Shown here piece after piece: positions 25,685 to 32,563 of a stretch of 56,822 nucleotides of DNA; position 1 is the stretch's first letter; every line of letters starts with the position of its first letter. The position numbers and the translations under genes are program-made. Below the pieces are notes generated by a model. It was not told the DNA's origin and searched no databases. It worked only from the letters and a program-made list of their open reading frames with translations. The DNA lies in assembly GCA_964505035.1 (NCBI GenBank), contig CAZDGK010000002.1:1-56822 (forward strand), read 5' to 3'. Source of the stretch: an uncultured Candidatus Saccharimonadales bacterium (lineage in GTDB: Bacteria; Patescibacteriota; Saccharimonadia; UBA4664).

Positions 25685-26311
25685 TTGGACATTACGTATT
25701 TGGGCGCGGGAAGTGTAAAGCTGTCAGGTAAGAACATCACGGTCGTGTGTGATCCTTATACTGAAGAGGCCGGCCTGGGTAAGCTGAATGTGAAGGCTGA
25801 TGTTGTAACTTTATCAACAATGGAAGGCTTGGCGTCATCTGCGGCGGCTATGGTGATTGACGGGCCGGGTGAATACGAGGTGAAGGGCGCGATGATCACG
25901 GGCGTGCCGGCGCAATTGCACATTGATGAGGATGGTACTCGCGCAACGGTGTATGGCATCATGATCGATGGAATTAACGTGGTGGTGACTGGCAACATCG
26001 CCGGCAAGCTTGGCAATGAGCAGACGGAGGCGCTGGGTAACGTGGATGTGCTGGTCGTACCAGTGGGTGGTACGGGTCTGACGCTGGACGCAGCGGGTGC
26101 CGCTGCGGTGGTCACGCAGTTGGAGCCGAGCTACGTGGTGCCGGTGCACTATGGTGACGGCAAGACGAAATATGCGATGCCACAAGACGGCGTGGAACTT
26201 TTTCTCAAGGAGATGGGCGCCAGCCCTGAGCCCGAGCCGAAGTTGAAGTTGAGCGGCCGGGAAGAAACCGGCGAGACGCAGGTAGTGGTGCTGAAACGCT
26301 CTGGCGAATAG
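25685..26311 (+). CDS. MBL-fold (UPF0173-like) protein, metal-binding motif not evident
   Basis: TTG start. ITYLGAGSVKL...VVCDPY resembles UPF0173 hydrolases, but the expected HxHxDH position reads LSTMEG. Confidence 0.5.
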   Translation: MDITYLGAGSVKLSGKNITVVCDPYTEEAGLGKLNVKADVVTLSTMEGLASSAAAMVIDGPGEYEVKGAMITGVPAQLHIDEDGTRATVYGIMIDGINVVVTGNIAGKLGNEQTEALGNVDVLVVPVGGTGLTLDAAGAAAVVTQLEPSYVVPVHYGDGKTKYAMPQDGVELFLKEMGASPEPEPKLKLSGREETGETQVVVLKRSGE

Positions 26312-26320
26312 GCGATTTTG

Positions 26321-26380
26321 GATATGAAATGGGCGCCGTACCTCTAATGTGAGGCCGGCGCCCTTGGGGTTTGCCACCCG
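26321..26380. repeat. 60-nt repeat copy A (hairpin element)
   Basis: gatatgaaatgggcgccgtacctctaatgtgaggccggcgcccttggggtttgccacccg. It is 59/60 identical to 27009..27068 and contains the hairpin gggcgccg..cctc..gagg..cggcgccc. Confidence 0.9.
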
Positions 26381-26391
26381 GAGCGGCCAGA

Positions 26392-26940
26392 CTAGCCGAA
26401 CTTGACCTTGACGATATGGTCATACGGCGGGGCCTTCAGAAGGTCCGGGATGAGTCCCTCGACCAGCGCGGTTAGATCGTCCGACCGGGTCGAGACATGG
26501 ACACTGTGCCCGGACTGCTGCAGTACGATGCGCTCGCCATCGTCGGCAAGAAACACCACGGTGCTGGGCACTGCCGGGTCGAGTTGGGCGCAGCGGAGCC
26601 GGGCGACTTGCTGGTCGAGCAGCCGAGTGAACAGCTCGTTGTAGCCGTAGCGCGCCTTGCTGAACTCATCGTGGCGCTGCGCCTCCTGCCGCTGGTTGAC
26701 GCGGCTGGCGAAGATGCAGAAGGCGATGATCAGAGCGATGGCACCGCCACTAATGACCACGGCTCCAGCGGTGCTGAGATCTGGCTTGCCGACGGTGATG
26801 TAGATGGCGCCGAGCAGCCAGAGCGCGAGCAGGCTGCAGCCAATGATTCTGGCTGTGAGCAGCAGGCGGCTGGTCCGCTTGCGATAGGCCGCGTCGATGA
26901 CCCGTTCCTCGGTGGGTGGCAGGGGAATAGCGATACTCAT
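26392..26940 (-). CDS. Two-TM membrane protein, paralog 1 (hypothetical)
   Basis: Shares LPPT, V(I/V)DAxYRKRT, LLGA, ARYGY, QLxPAV, VFxxxDG and APYDxI with ORF 27070..27633. Confidence 0.65.
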   Translation of the reverse strand: MSIAIPLPPTEERVIDAAYRKRTSRLLLTARIIGCSLLALWLLGAIYITVGKPDLSTAGAVVISGGAIALIIAFCIFASRVNQRQEAQRHDEFSKARYGYNELFTRLLDQQVARLRCAQLDPAVPSTVVFLADDGERIVLQQSGHSVHVSTRSDDLTALVEGLIPDLLKAPPYDHIVKVKFG

Positions 26941-26971
26941 CTGACCTCGCTTTCGGTTGAGTGGACAGATG
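26938..26971 (-). promoter_or_regulatory. 5' hairpin sequestering the SD and AUG of paralog 1
   Basis: mRNA reads CAUCUGUCCACUCAACCGAAAGCGAGGUCAGAUG. CAUCUG pairs with CAGAUG (which contains the AUG), and CC/C pair with the GAGG SD. Confidence 0.55.
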
Positions 26972-26979
26972 TAATTATT

Positions 26980-27008
26980 ACTATATACTTTTGTATGATT
27001 ATAGTCAA
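26980..27008 (-). promoter_or_regulatory. Promoter of paralog 1
   Basis: Minus strand TTGACT-17 nt-TATAGT. The predicted TSS is 1-2 nt before the hairpin. Confidence 0.65.
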
Positions 27009-27068
27009 GATATGAAATGGGCGCCGTACCTCTAATGTGAGGCCGGCGCCCTTTGGGTTTGCCACCCG
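27009..27068. repeat. 60-nt repeat copy B (hairpin element)
   Basis: Identical to copy A except for one G/T difference. It lies immediately 3' of paralog 2. Confidence 0.9.
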
Positions 27069-27069
27069 A

Positions 27070-27633
27070 TTATGTGTCTGGGTCCATCTCGTACTTCAGG
27101 ATGTTGTCGTACGGGGCTGCCCTGAGGATCTGGGGCTCGAAGTACGCCACGAGACTCTGCAGGGCCTCGGACTTGGTCCAGGCCGTGATGTGCGTGTCGC
27201 CGAGCTGGACGATGACCTGTCGGCCGTCCGGCGTGACGAAGACTGTGGTGTCCAGCACCGCCGGAGCGAGCTGGATGCGGCGCACGGGGATCTCCTGCTG
27301 CTCGGCCACCTTGGAGCAGATCTCGTCATAGCCGTAGCGCGCCTGGCTGCACATGTCCATGTACTCCGCCTGCTTGCGCTTGCGGAGGCGGTTGTCCATG
27401 ATCAAGAAAATGATCATGACGACCAGGCTCACTCCGATGAAGGTGTAGGCGGCCTGGTCGCTGACATGGACATGCTTGGGAGCATAAACGAAGGTGAATG
27501 CACCGAGCAGCGTGGCGCCCAGCATTGTGAAGCAGATGATCTTGCAGGCCAGGAACAGCTGGGCAGTCCGCTTGCGGTAGGTCGCATCGACCACGGGTCC
27601 CTTGGTGGGTGGCAGTTCGGTAGTGGTGCTCAT
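27070..27633 (-). CDS. Two-TM membrane protein, paralog 2 (hypothetical)
   Basis: Same architecture and shared motifs as ORF 26392..26940. Confidence 0.65.
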   Translation of the reverse strand: MSTTTELPPTKGPVVDATYRKRTAQLFLACKIICFTMLGATLLGAFTFVYAPKHVHVSDQAAYTFIGVSLVVMIIFLIMDNRLRKRKQAEYMDMCSQARYGYDEICSKVAEQQEIPVRRIQLAPAVLDTTVFVTPDGRQVIVQLGDTHITAWTKSEALQSLVAYFEPQILRAAPYDNILKYEMDPDT

Positions 27634-27664
27634 CTGACCTCACTTTCGGTAGGGTAGGCAGATG
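27631..27664 (-). promoter_or_regulatory. 5' hairpin sequestering the SD and AUG of paralog 2
   Basis: mRNA reads CAUCUGCCUACCCUACCGAAAGUGAGGUCAGAUG. Differences from copy 1 fall at unpaired positions, or change C-G to U-G. Confidence 0.55.
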
Positions 27665-27672
27665 TCGGGTAT

Positions 27673-27701
27673 ATTCTGAACGATTTTGACTATTTAGTCA
27701 A
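27673..27701 (-). promoter_or_regulatory. Promoter of paralog 2
   Basis: Minus strand TTGACT-17 nt-CAGAAT. Confidence 0.45.
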
Positions 27702-27714
27702 TATTTTGGGGTAT

Positions 27715-27736
27715 CAAAAAAGGCCCGGGCGGGCCT
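27715..27736 (-). terminator. rpmB terminator
   Basis: Minus strand aggccc-gccc-gggcct followed by TTTTTG. Confidence 0.85.
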
Positions 27737-27757
27737 GTTTCTGACGAGTCAGCTGGC

Positions 27758-27997
27758 TTAGACGGTGGCTTCGACTGGCTGCTCGGCGATAGCGGCCTTG
27801 GCGGCGTCCTGGCGCTGGTACTTGGCCAGGGTGCGGATGCAGCTGGTGCAGAGCTTAACCTGAATACGGGTACCGCCCAGGTTTAGGCGCTGCCGTTGGA
27901 GATTGGGCTTCCAGACCTTTTGGGTCTTCTTTTGCGAGAACGGCACGTGGTTGCCGTACTGCTTGCCCTTATTGCAGATGTCGCAGGCGTAGGCCAT
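27758..27997 (-). CDS. rpmB: 50S ribosomal protein L28
   Basis: MAYACDICNKGKQYGNHVPFSQKKTQKVWKPNLQ... is typical of L28. It carries a short C-terminal extension. Confidence 0.9.
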   Translation of the reverse strand: MAYACDICNKGKQYGNHVPFSQKKTQKVWKPNLQRQRLNLGGTRIQVKLCTSCIRTLAKYQRQDAAKAAIAEQPVEATV

Positions 27998-28022
27998 GGC
28001 GGTTTCCTAAAATAACTTCGTA

Positions 28023-28051
28023 AGTGTAGCTCAAGGCGACAGATTAGTCAA
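28023..28051 (-). promoter_or_regulatory. rpmB promoter
   Basis: Minus strand TTGACT-17 nt-TACACT. Confidence 0.6.
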
Positions 28052-28066
28052 CGGGTTGCGGGGCAT

Positions 28067-28102
28067 AAAAAGTTTACGGCCGCAAAAATCCTTTGCGGCC
28101 GT
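28067..28102 (-). terminator. Terminator of ORF 28118..28498
   Basis: acggccgcaaa/tttgcggccgt hairpin, followed on the minus strand by AAACTTTTT. Confidence 0.8.
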
Positions 28103-28117
28103 CAGGGCGGGGCTTGG

Positions 28118-28498
28118 TCAGGCACATTCCTGAATTGAAGCCAATGTGTCGGTAGTAACCCAGCCGCTGGACGTGATGTTCAGCTTGAGCCAATCGGGAG
28201 TGCAGCCCCCGAAGGCGCGCTGGATGGCGCCGTGGACTTGCAGGCCAATGAGATCTCCACTGAGGTCGGCGGTTACGGTGCCATACCTGAGCGTGATGGT
28301 CACGCTGGGGCGGGTAGGTGAGCCGACATGATATGGAAGGTCCAGGACCGCTCCGCGCTGGATGCCGTCTTGCTGTGGCAGCCAGCTGGTGAGTTCGAAG
28401 TCGCCCTGCTTGAGTTGACGCAATGCCAGGTTGAACCGGGCTTGTGGCCGGGTCAACGCGGGCAAACGGTACCGGTGACTTGGTAAGTGCCAATTCAT
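28118..28498 (-). CDS. Hypothetical protein (126 aa)
   Basis: Trimmed to ATG 28498 so that it does not overlap the divergent M50 gene. No family recognised. Confidence 0.45.
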   Translation of the reverse strand: MNWHLPSHRYRLPALTRPQARFNLALRQLKQGDFELTSWLPQQDGIQRGAVLDLPYHVGSPTRPSVTITLRYGTVTADLSGDLIGLQVHGAIQRAFGGCTPDWLKLNITSSGWVTTDTLASIQECA

Positions 28499-28532
28499 GG
28501 GAAGCTCTTTTCGGGGGAGGGATCCCAGGTAT

Positions 28533-28561
28533 CGGACATATTTTACGCTGCCTGATACAAT
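28533..28561 (+). promoter_or_regulatory. Promoter giving a leaderless M50 protease mRNA
   Basis: CGGACA-17 nt-TACAAT. The -10 ends 6 nt before ATG 28568, and there is no SD. Confidence 0.55.
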
Positions 28562-28567
28562 AGAGCA

Positions 28568-29203
28568 ATGGGACTTGATATTACGACTGTTGTGGCTTTG
28601 CTGCTGGCGCTCGTGCTGGCATTGACCTTGCACGAGTTTGCGCACGCGCTGGTGGGGCATTATTTGGGTGATGTAACGGCGGCGCGACAGGGGCGCCTGA
28701 CGCTCAATCCGCTGGCACACGTTGATCCTTTTATGACGCTCCTGCTGCCGACGATGTTGATATTGCTTGGCTCCCCGGTGGTGTTTGGCGCGGCCAAGCC
28801 GGTGCCGTTTAATCCGTGGGCGCTGCGGGGTGGCCGGTGGGGTGCGGCCCTGGTGGCGGCGGCTGGGCCGTTGACCAACCTGCTGCTGGCGGTGTTTTTC
28901 GGGGCTTGGCTGGTGTTTGGGCCGAGCACGGTGTTGTCTACGCAGATACTGGGGGCGATCGTGACGGTCAATGTGGGATTCTTTGTCTTTAATATGATCC
29001 CGTTCCCGCCGCTAGATGGGTCACGACTGCTGTATGCGGTGGCACCTCCGGCGCTGCGGGAGGCCATGGACAAGCTAGAACGGTCAGGGATGGTGGTGCT
29101 GTTTTTGGTGCTGTTTCTCGGGTACCCGATCATCTCGCCGGTGATCGCGGCGGTGACGAGGACGATTATCAACCTGATTGTTCCGGCTGGACCGCTGCCG
29201 TAG
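28568..29203 (+). CDS. Site-2 protease family (peptidase M50) membrane metalloprotease
   Basis: HExxH in a TM context (LHEFAHALVGHYLGD) and a downstream FNMIPFPPLDGS motif. Confidence 0.8.
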   Translation: MGLDITTVVALLLALVLALTLHEFAHALVGHYLGDVTAARQGRLTLNPLAHVDPFMTLLLPTMLILLGSPVVFGAAKPVPFNPWALRGGRWGAALVAAAGPLTNLLLAVFFGAWLVFGPSTVLSTQILGAIVTVNVGFFVFNMIPFPPLDGSRLLYAVAPPALREAMDKLERSGMVVLFLVLFLGYPIISPVIAAVTRTIINLIVPAGPLP

Positions 29204-29214
29204 AATAGAAGTAA

Positions 29215-29361
29215 CTCTGCGCCACGCGACGCGGCTGATCATTTTTCTCTGTAAGACTACCAACGGGAGCCCTAGAGCGCCCTGGTCCGTGGACCGAGTG
29301 GCTGCGGGCACCCACCTGCTTATAGCAGGGAAAAGTTGGTAAGCCTGACGGTGGCGCGGAG
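29215..29361 (+). ncRNA. Candidate structured RNA / 5' leader of the MOSC gene (class unknown)
   Basis: The closing helix is 11 bp (29215-29225 with 29351-29361, including one U-G that is valid only on the + strand). Inside it are a nested 7-bp helix (29258-64 with 29335-41), a 7-bp helix (29265-72 with 29306-13), and hairpins at 29284-95 and 29315-29. Confidence 0.3.
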
Positions 29362-29426
29362 CTGGAATTATTTGGATACGCATGCTATGAATTGGTAGCT
29401 TGTCCGTTCGAGAGAAGGGAGGACAA

Positions 29427-30194
29427 GTGGACCGTTTGGTTGGGCAGGTGGCGGAGATGTTTCGCTACCCACTCAAGTCGACCCTGGGGGAACGTCTCGA
29501 CCAGGTGGAGGTGAGCTGGCATGGCCTGATGGGCGACCGGGTGGCAGCGGTGCGGTGGAATGACACTGGACTGGTGGTGACCGGAAAGCTGACCGAAGGC
29601 CTGCCGCTGCTCCAGCTCAACTCGACCTACGAGTACGAGCAGGAGAGCTTCAGCGTCTGGACGCCCGAAGGCGAGAGCTACTACGCTGGCTCGATTGAGC
29701 TGCCGAAGATGCTGGGAGCGCGACTGGGTCGTCCGGTAAATGTGGTGTGGGCTCGCCGTCATGGTGGCGCTCGCTCATATGAGACGACTAGCAAGTTCTC
29801 AATGCATCCGGGCGTGCTGGTGGACTCCAGCCCCGTGCATCTGCTGAGTACGGCATCGCTGGCTACCCTGGCTCGCTTGTCGGGCTCGGCTGACGCTGCT
29901 AACTACCGGCGTTTCCGTCCCAATTTCCTGATCCGCTCAGCGGAGGGAGATGAGGGTTTTGTGGAGGACGAGTGGGTAGGGGCTCGCTTGCGGATTGGCG
30001 AGAGCTTTCAGGGCCTGGTACGTGAGGCCACTAGCCGGTGTGCGCTGACGACTCGTCAGCAACGGTCGGTTGGCGCCAACCCTGGCGCTCTCCAGGCACT
30101 GAGGAAGTTCAACGGCAGCCATCTCGGCGTCTATCTGGCAGTGATCAACCCTGGCATCGTGCGGACGAATGATGCCGTTTGGCTCGAATACTGA
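29427..30194 (+). CDS. MOSC-domain protein (N-terminal beta-barrel plus MOSC)
   Basis: GTG 29427 follows GGGAGG. FRYPLKS...GDR at the N-terminus and SRCALTT in the C-terminal MOSC region. Confidence 0.75.
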   Translation: MDRLVGQVAEMFRYPLKSTLGERLDQVEVSWHGLMGDRVAAVRWNDTGLVVTGKLTEGLPLLQLNSTYEYEQESFSVWTPEGESYYAGSIELPKMLGARLGRPVNVVWARRHGGARSYETTSKFSMHPGVLVDSSPVHLLSTASLATLARLSGSADAANYRRFRPNFLIRSAEGDEGFVEDEWVGARLRIGESFQGLVREATSRCALTTRQQRSVGANPGALQALRKFNGSHLGVYLAVINPGIVRTNDAVWLEY

Positions 30195-30205
30195 TACGGG
30201 CCTTG

Positions 30206-30241
30206 GGCCGCCTCTGATATTACGAGGCGGCCTTTCATCTT
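30206..30241 (+). terminator. Rho-independent terminator
   Basis: ggccgcctc-9 nt-gaggcggcc followed by TTTCATCTT. Confidence 0.75.
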
Positions 30242-30279
30242 GCCTAAGTGTCAATTTTGGGGCATAATTCATGGGTCGT

Positions 30280-30355
30280 CGGGGTGTGGCGCAGTTGGTA
30301 GCGCGTACGGCTGGGGGCCGTGAGGCCGCAGGTTCGAGCCCTGTCACCCCGACCA
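30280..30355 (+). tRNA. tRNA-Pro(GGG), CCA encoded
   Basis: CGGGGTG-TG-GCGC-AGTTGGTA-GCGC-G-TACGG-CTGGGGG-CCGTG-AGGCC-GCAGG-TTCGAGC-CCTGT-CACCCCG-A-CCA. A TTGCCT-17-CATAAT promoter lies upstream. Confidence 0.9.
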
Positions 30356-30364
30356 GGAATTATT

Positions 30365-30814
30365 ATGCTTGAGAAGCAATTAGATGAGCTGAGGCGTCAG
30401 GGATATTTGTTCCATGGCTCGGCTGCGCTGGTGCATGGTGCGCTGGAGCCGCGCCTGGCTAACGACTCGGCCAAAGATAGCGGCAACCGCCGGGCGATCT
30501 ATCTGACAGAAGTGCCAGTGGAGGCGCTGTTTTTTGCTCTAGCCGGGGGCCGGGAAGTGGGCTTGTTGAAAGTCCATCTAAGCTACGAGATTGATGAGAC
30601 AAATGATGACCTGCGGTACTCGTTGGTTGAGCTGGGGGTGGAGCACCCGGAGGCCTTGGCTGACCGGGGTTTTGTGTATGTGTTTGACCGGGAGCAGGCG
30701 GATGCATTGGTGGATGGGGAATGGCTGGCGTACCGGCCAATCATGCCAAAACAGGTTCTGAAGGTGCATGCGTCAGATTTAGGCTATCCTGTGGCTCGAC
30801 TAGACCAGGTGTAA
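30365..30814 (+). CDS. Hypothetical protein (149 aa)
   Basis: Trimmed to ATG 30365, downstream of tRNA-Pro, with AGGAA 5 nt upstream. No family recognised. Confidence 0.5.
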   Translation: MLEKQLDELRRQGYLFHGSAALVHGALEPRLANDSAKDSGNRRAIYLTEVPVEALFFALAGGREVGLLKVHLSYEIDETNDDLRYSLVELGVEHPEALADRGFVYVFDREQADALVDGEWLAYRPIMPKQVLKVHASDLGYPVARLDQV

Positions 30815-30846
30815 CGCGTAAGCTTAGGGTAAGGAGTACGCTTCGT

Positions 30847-31323
30847 ATGGCTGACCAACTTTTGCCGGGTTCATATGGATTGGATTACCCTGGCCTGGCT
30901 GATTTTTTGAGTAGAGAAACGGCAGCGGTGCTGGCTGTTCCGATTGATGAGGCGGGTACTGTGCATGCTGCGGGAATTTTGTACTACCACCAGGCTACGC
31001 CATTGCGATTTTACTTTGTAACGCCTCGGTCTAGCGATAAATGCACGTTGTTGAGGGCCGGGGGCAAGATTAAAGCTGCCTGTGTCGTGGGAACAATCAA
31101 GGGGGTTGATTTTACTCTGCAAATGCGAGGGACGTTGGAGATTTGCGATTATGCCCAGCTTCCGGCGGTGGTGGATGCGTACTATGAGAAGCGAGGCAAC
31201 CGAGATATGGATGTGCTGGGCGAGGATGATTATGTGTTGCTGCAGTTTGTGCCTACCTGGGGTCGTTTTACTGATTACACAAGCGGGTATGATCACCGGA
31301 TGTTAAGAATTGAGGACTCCTAA
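30847..31323 (+). CDS. Pyridoxamine-5'-phosphate-oxidase-like (FMN-binding split-barrel) protein
   Basis: Trimmed to ATG 30847 with SD TAAGGAG. The sequence pattern (AVLAVPIDEAGTVHAAGILYY...LRFYFVT) resembles the PNPOx-like fold. This is a weak call. Confidence 0.5.
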   Translation: MADQLLPGSYGLDYPGLADFLSRETAAVLAVPIDEAGTVHAAGILYYHQATPLRFYFVTPRSSDKCTLLRAGGKIKAACVVGTIKGVDFTLQMRGTLEICDYAQLPAVVDAYYEKRGNRDMDVLGEDDYVLLQFVPTWGRFTDYTSGYDHRMLRIEDS

Positions 31324-31745
31324 TGGCTGAACAAATTAATGAACTGAAGTTCTTTACGGATGGTGGATCACGCGGGAATCCGGGCCCAGCAGCTAGTGGT
31401 GTTGTGATTCTTACAATGAACGATGAAGTGCTGGAGGCTTTTGGACTGTTTCTAGGCACCGATACTAATAATGTGGCCGAATGGACAGCCGTCCGCCTGG
31501 CACTGGAGGCGGTGGCGAAGTACCAGCCCAAGCGAGTGCATGGGTTTATGGATTCGGAGCTGGTATGCCGGCAGCTTAATGGCCAGTACCGGGTCAAACA
31601 TCCTGGACTGAAGCCAATTTATGAAGCAGTGGTGGCGCTAGCCAAGCAATACGATGTGACATATCAACATGTGTACCGCGAGAAAAACAAGCTGGCGGAT
31701 GCCGAGGTGAACAAGGCGATTGACGCCGCGTTGGCAAAGAATTAG
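31323..31745 (+). CDS. rnhA: Ribonuclease HI
   Basis: FTDGGSRGNPGPAA, NNVAEW, DSELV and KNKLAD motifs supply the DEDD catalytic residues. Confidence 0.85.
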   Translation: MAEQINELKFFTDGGSRGNPGPAASGVVILTMNDEVLEAFGLFLGTDTNNVAEWTAVRLALEAVAKYQPKRVHGFMDSELVCRQLNGQYRVKHPGLKPIYEAVVALAKQYDVTYQHVYREKNKLADAEVNKAIDAALAKN

Positions 31746-31793
31746 CCGGCAGGTCCACGAGGGGCCTACCGGCTAGTCAGGGCGTGAACGGCG

Positions 31794-32123
31794 CTAGCCG
31801 GCGTCTTTGATGGGCCGGCCGATCCAGCTTCGGATGCTACGCCAGGCGGCGTAGAGCACCCAGGAGGGGGCGTAGAAGATCAGAAAGATCAGCCCTCCCC
31901 AAAGGCGCTGCCACCAGCGTAGGCCACTGGAGTCGTCGAAGGGGCTGACGCCGAAGAACCACGAGGTTGTGACACGGGTTCGGAGATTCGGCCGGTAGAA
32001 GGCGGCGGTGTCGCTCTGCGCACCGAGCTCGGTTTTGAGCCAGGCCCGCCATCCGTTCACGGTTGATGATATGGTCAACTCGATCAGCTCCAATCTGGTA
32101 AGTGGTCCGTCGAGTAGATGCAA
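31794..32123 (-). CDS. Hypothetical membrane protein (109 aa)
   Basis: Trp-rich, with one clear hydrophobic segment (GGLIFLIFYAPSWVLYAAW). Weak support. Confidence 0.4.
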   Translation of the reverse strand: MHLLDGPLTRLELIELTISSTVNGWRAWLKTELGAQSDTAAFYRPNLRTRVTTSWFFGVSPFDDSSGLRWWQRLWGGLIFLIFYAPSWVLYAAWRSIRSWIGRPIKDAG

Positions 32124-32138
32124 GTATACCGTTTGATA

Positions 32139-32167
32139 TTGTGATAAGCAAGCTTTGGTTGTATAAT
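32139..32167 (+). promoter_or_regulatory. rnpB promoter
   Basis: TTGTGA-17 nt-TATAAT, about 6 nt upstream of the RNase P RNA 5' end. Confidence 0.6.
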
Positions 32168-32171
32168 AGTG

Positions 32172-32535
32172 AGGTCAGACCACAAGATGATCGCGGCGGC
32201 TCAAAAGGCCGACGAGGAAAGTCCGGACAGCACAGAGCAGGACGGTTGCTAACGGCAACCGCGGGTGACCGTAGGGAAAGTGCCACAGAAACGAAACCGC
32301 CCGCAAGGGTAAGGGTGAAACGAGTGGGGTAAGAGCCCACAGCCAATCCGGGTGACCGGTGCGGAAGGTAAACCCCGTCTGCTGCAAGGCAGCTCCATCA
32401 AGCCCCGTAAGGGGTGGGTTGCTCGCCCGATGAAGCGTACGCGCCGCTGGAGACTGGTGGCAACACCAGCCCTAGAGAGATGATCATCCACCCAGCAATG
32501 GGGGACAGAATCCGGCTTACCAGTGGTCTGGCAAG
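32172..32535 (+). ncRNA. rnpB: RNase P RNA, bacterial type A
   Basis: GAGGAAAGTCCGG, AGGGAAAGTGCCACAGAAA and ACAGAATCCGGCTTAC conserved blocks. The P1 pairing is 32174-83 with 32523-32. Confidence 0.9.
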
Positions 32536-32563
32536 GAATTATCAACTATGCTAGTCAATAGAT

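Noticed and set aside
26497-27657. Long plus-strand ORFs (26497..27015 and 27037..27657) opposite the two membrane-protein paralogs.
   Set aside because: They are Gly/Asp/Ala-rich shadow frames of GC-rich genes. They have no SD, and they run through the promoters and hairpins of the minus-strand genes. The minus-strand reading gives coherent TM proteins with conserved paralog motifs.
29215-29361. SRP (4.5S) RNA or 6S RNA as the identity of the structured region.
   Set aside because: There is no GGAA/GNRA-capped helix 8 with the AGCAGC-type symmetric-loop motif on either strand. The fold is not the long, bubble-interrupted duplex expected for 6S RNA.
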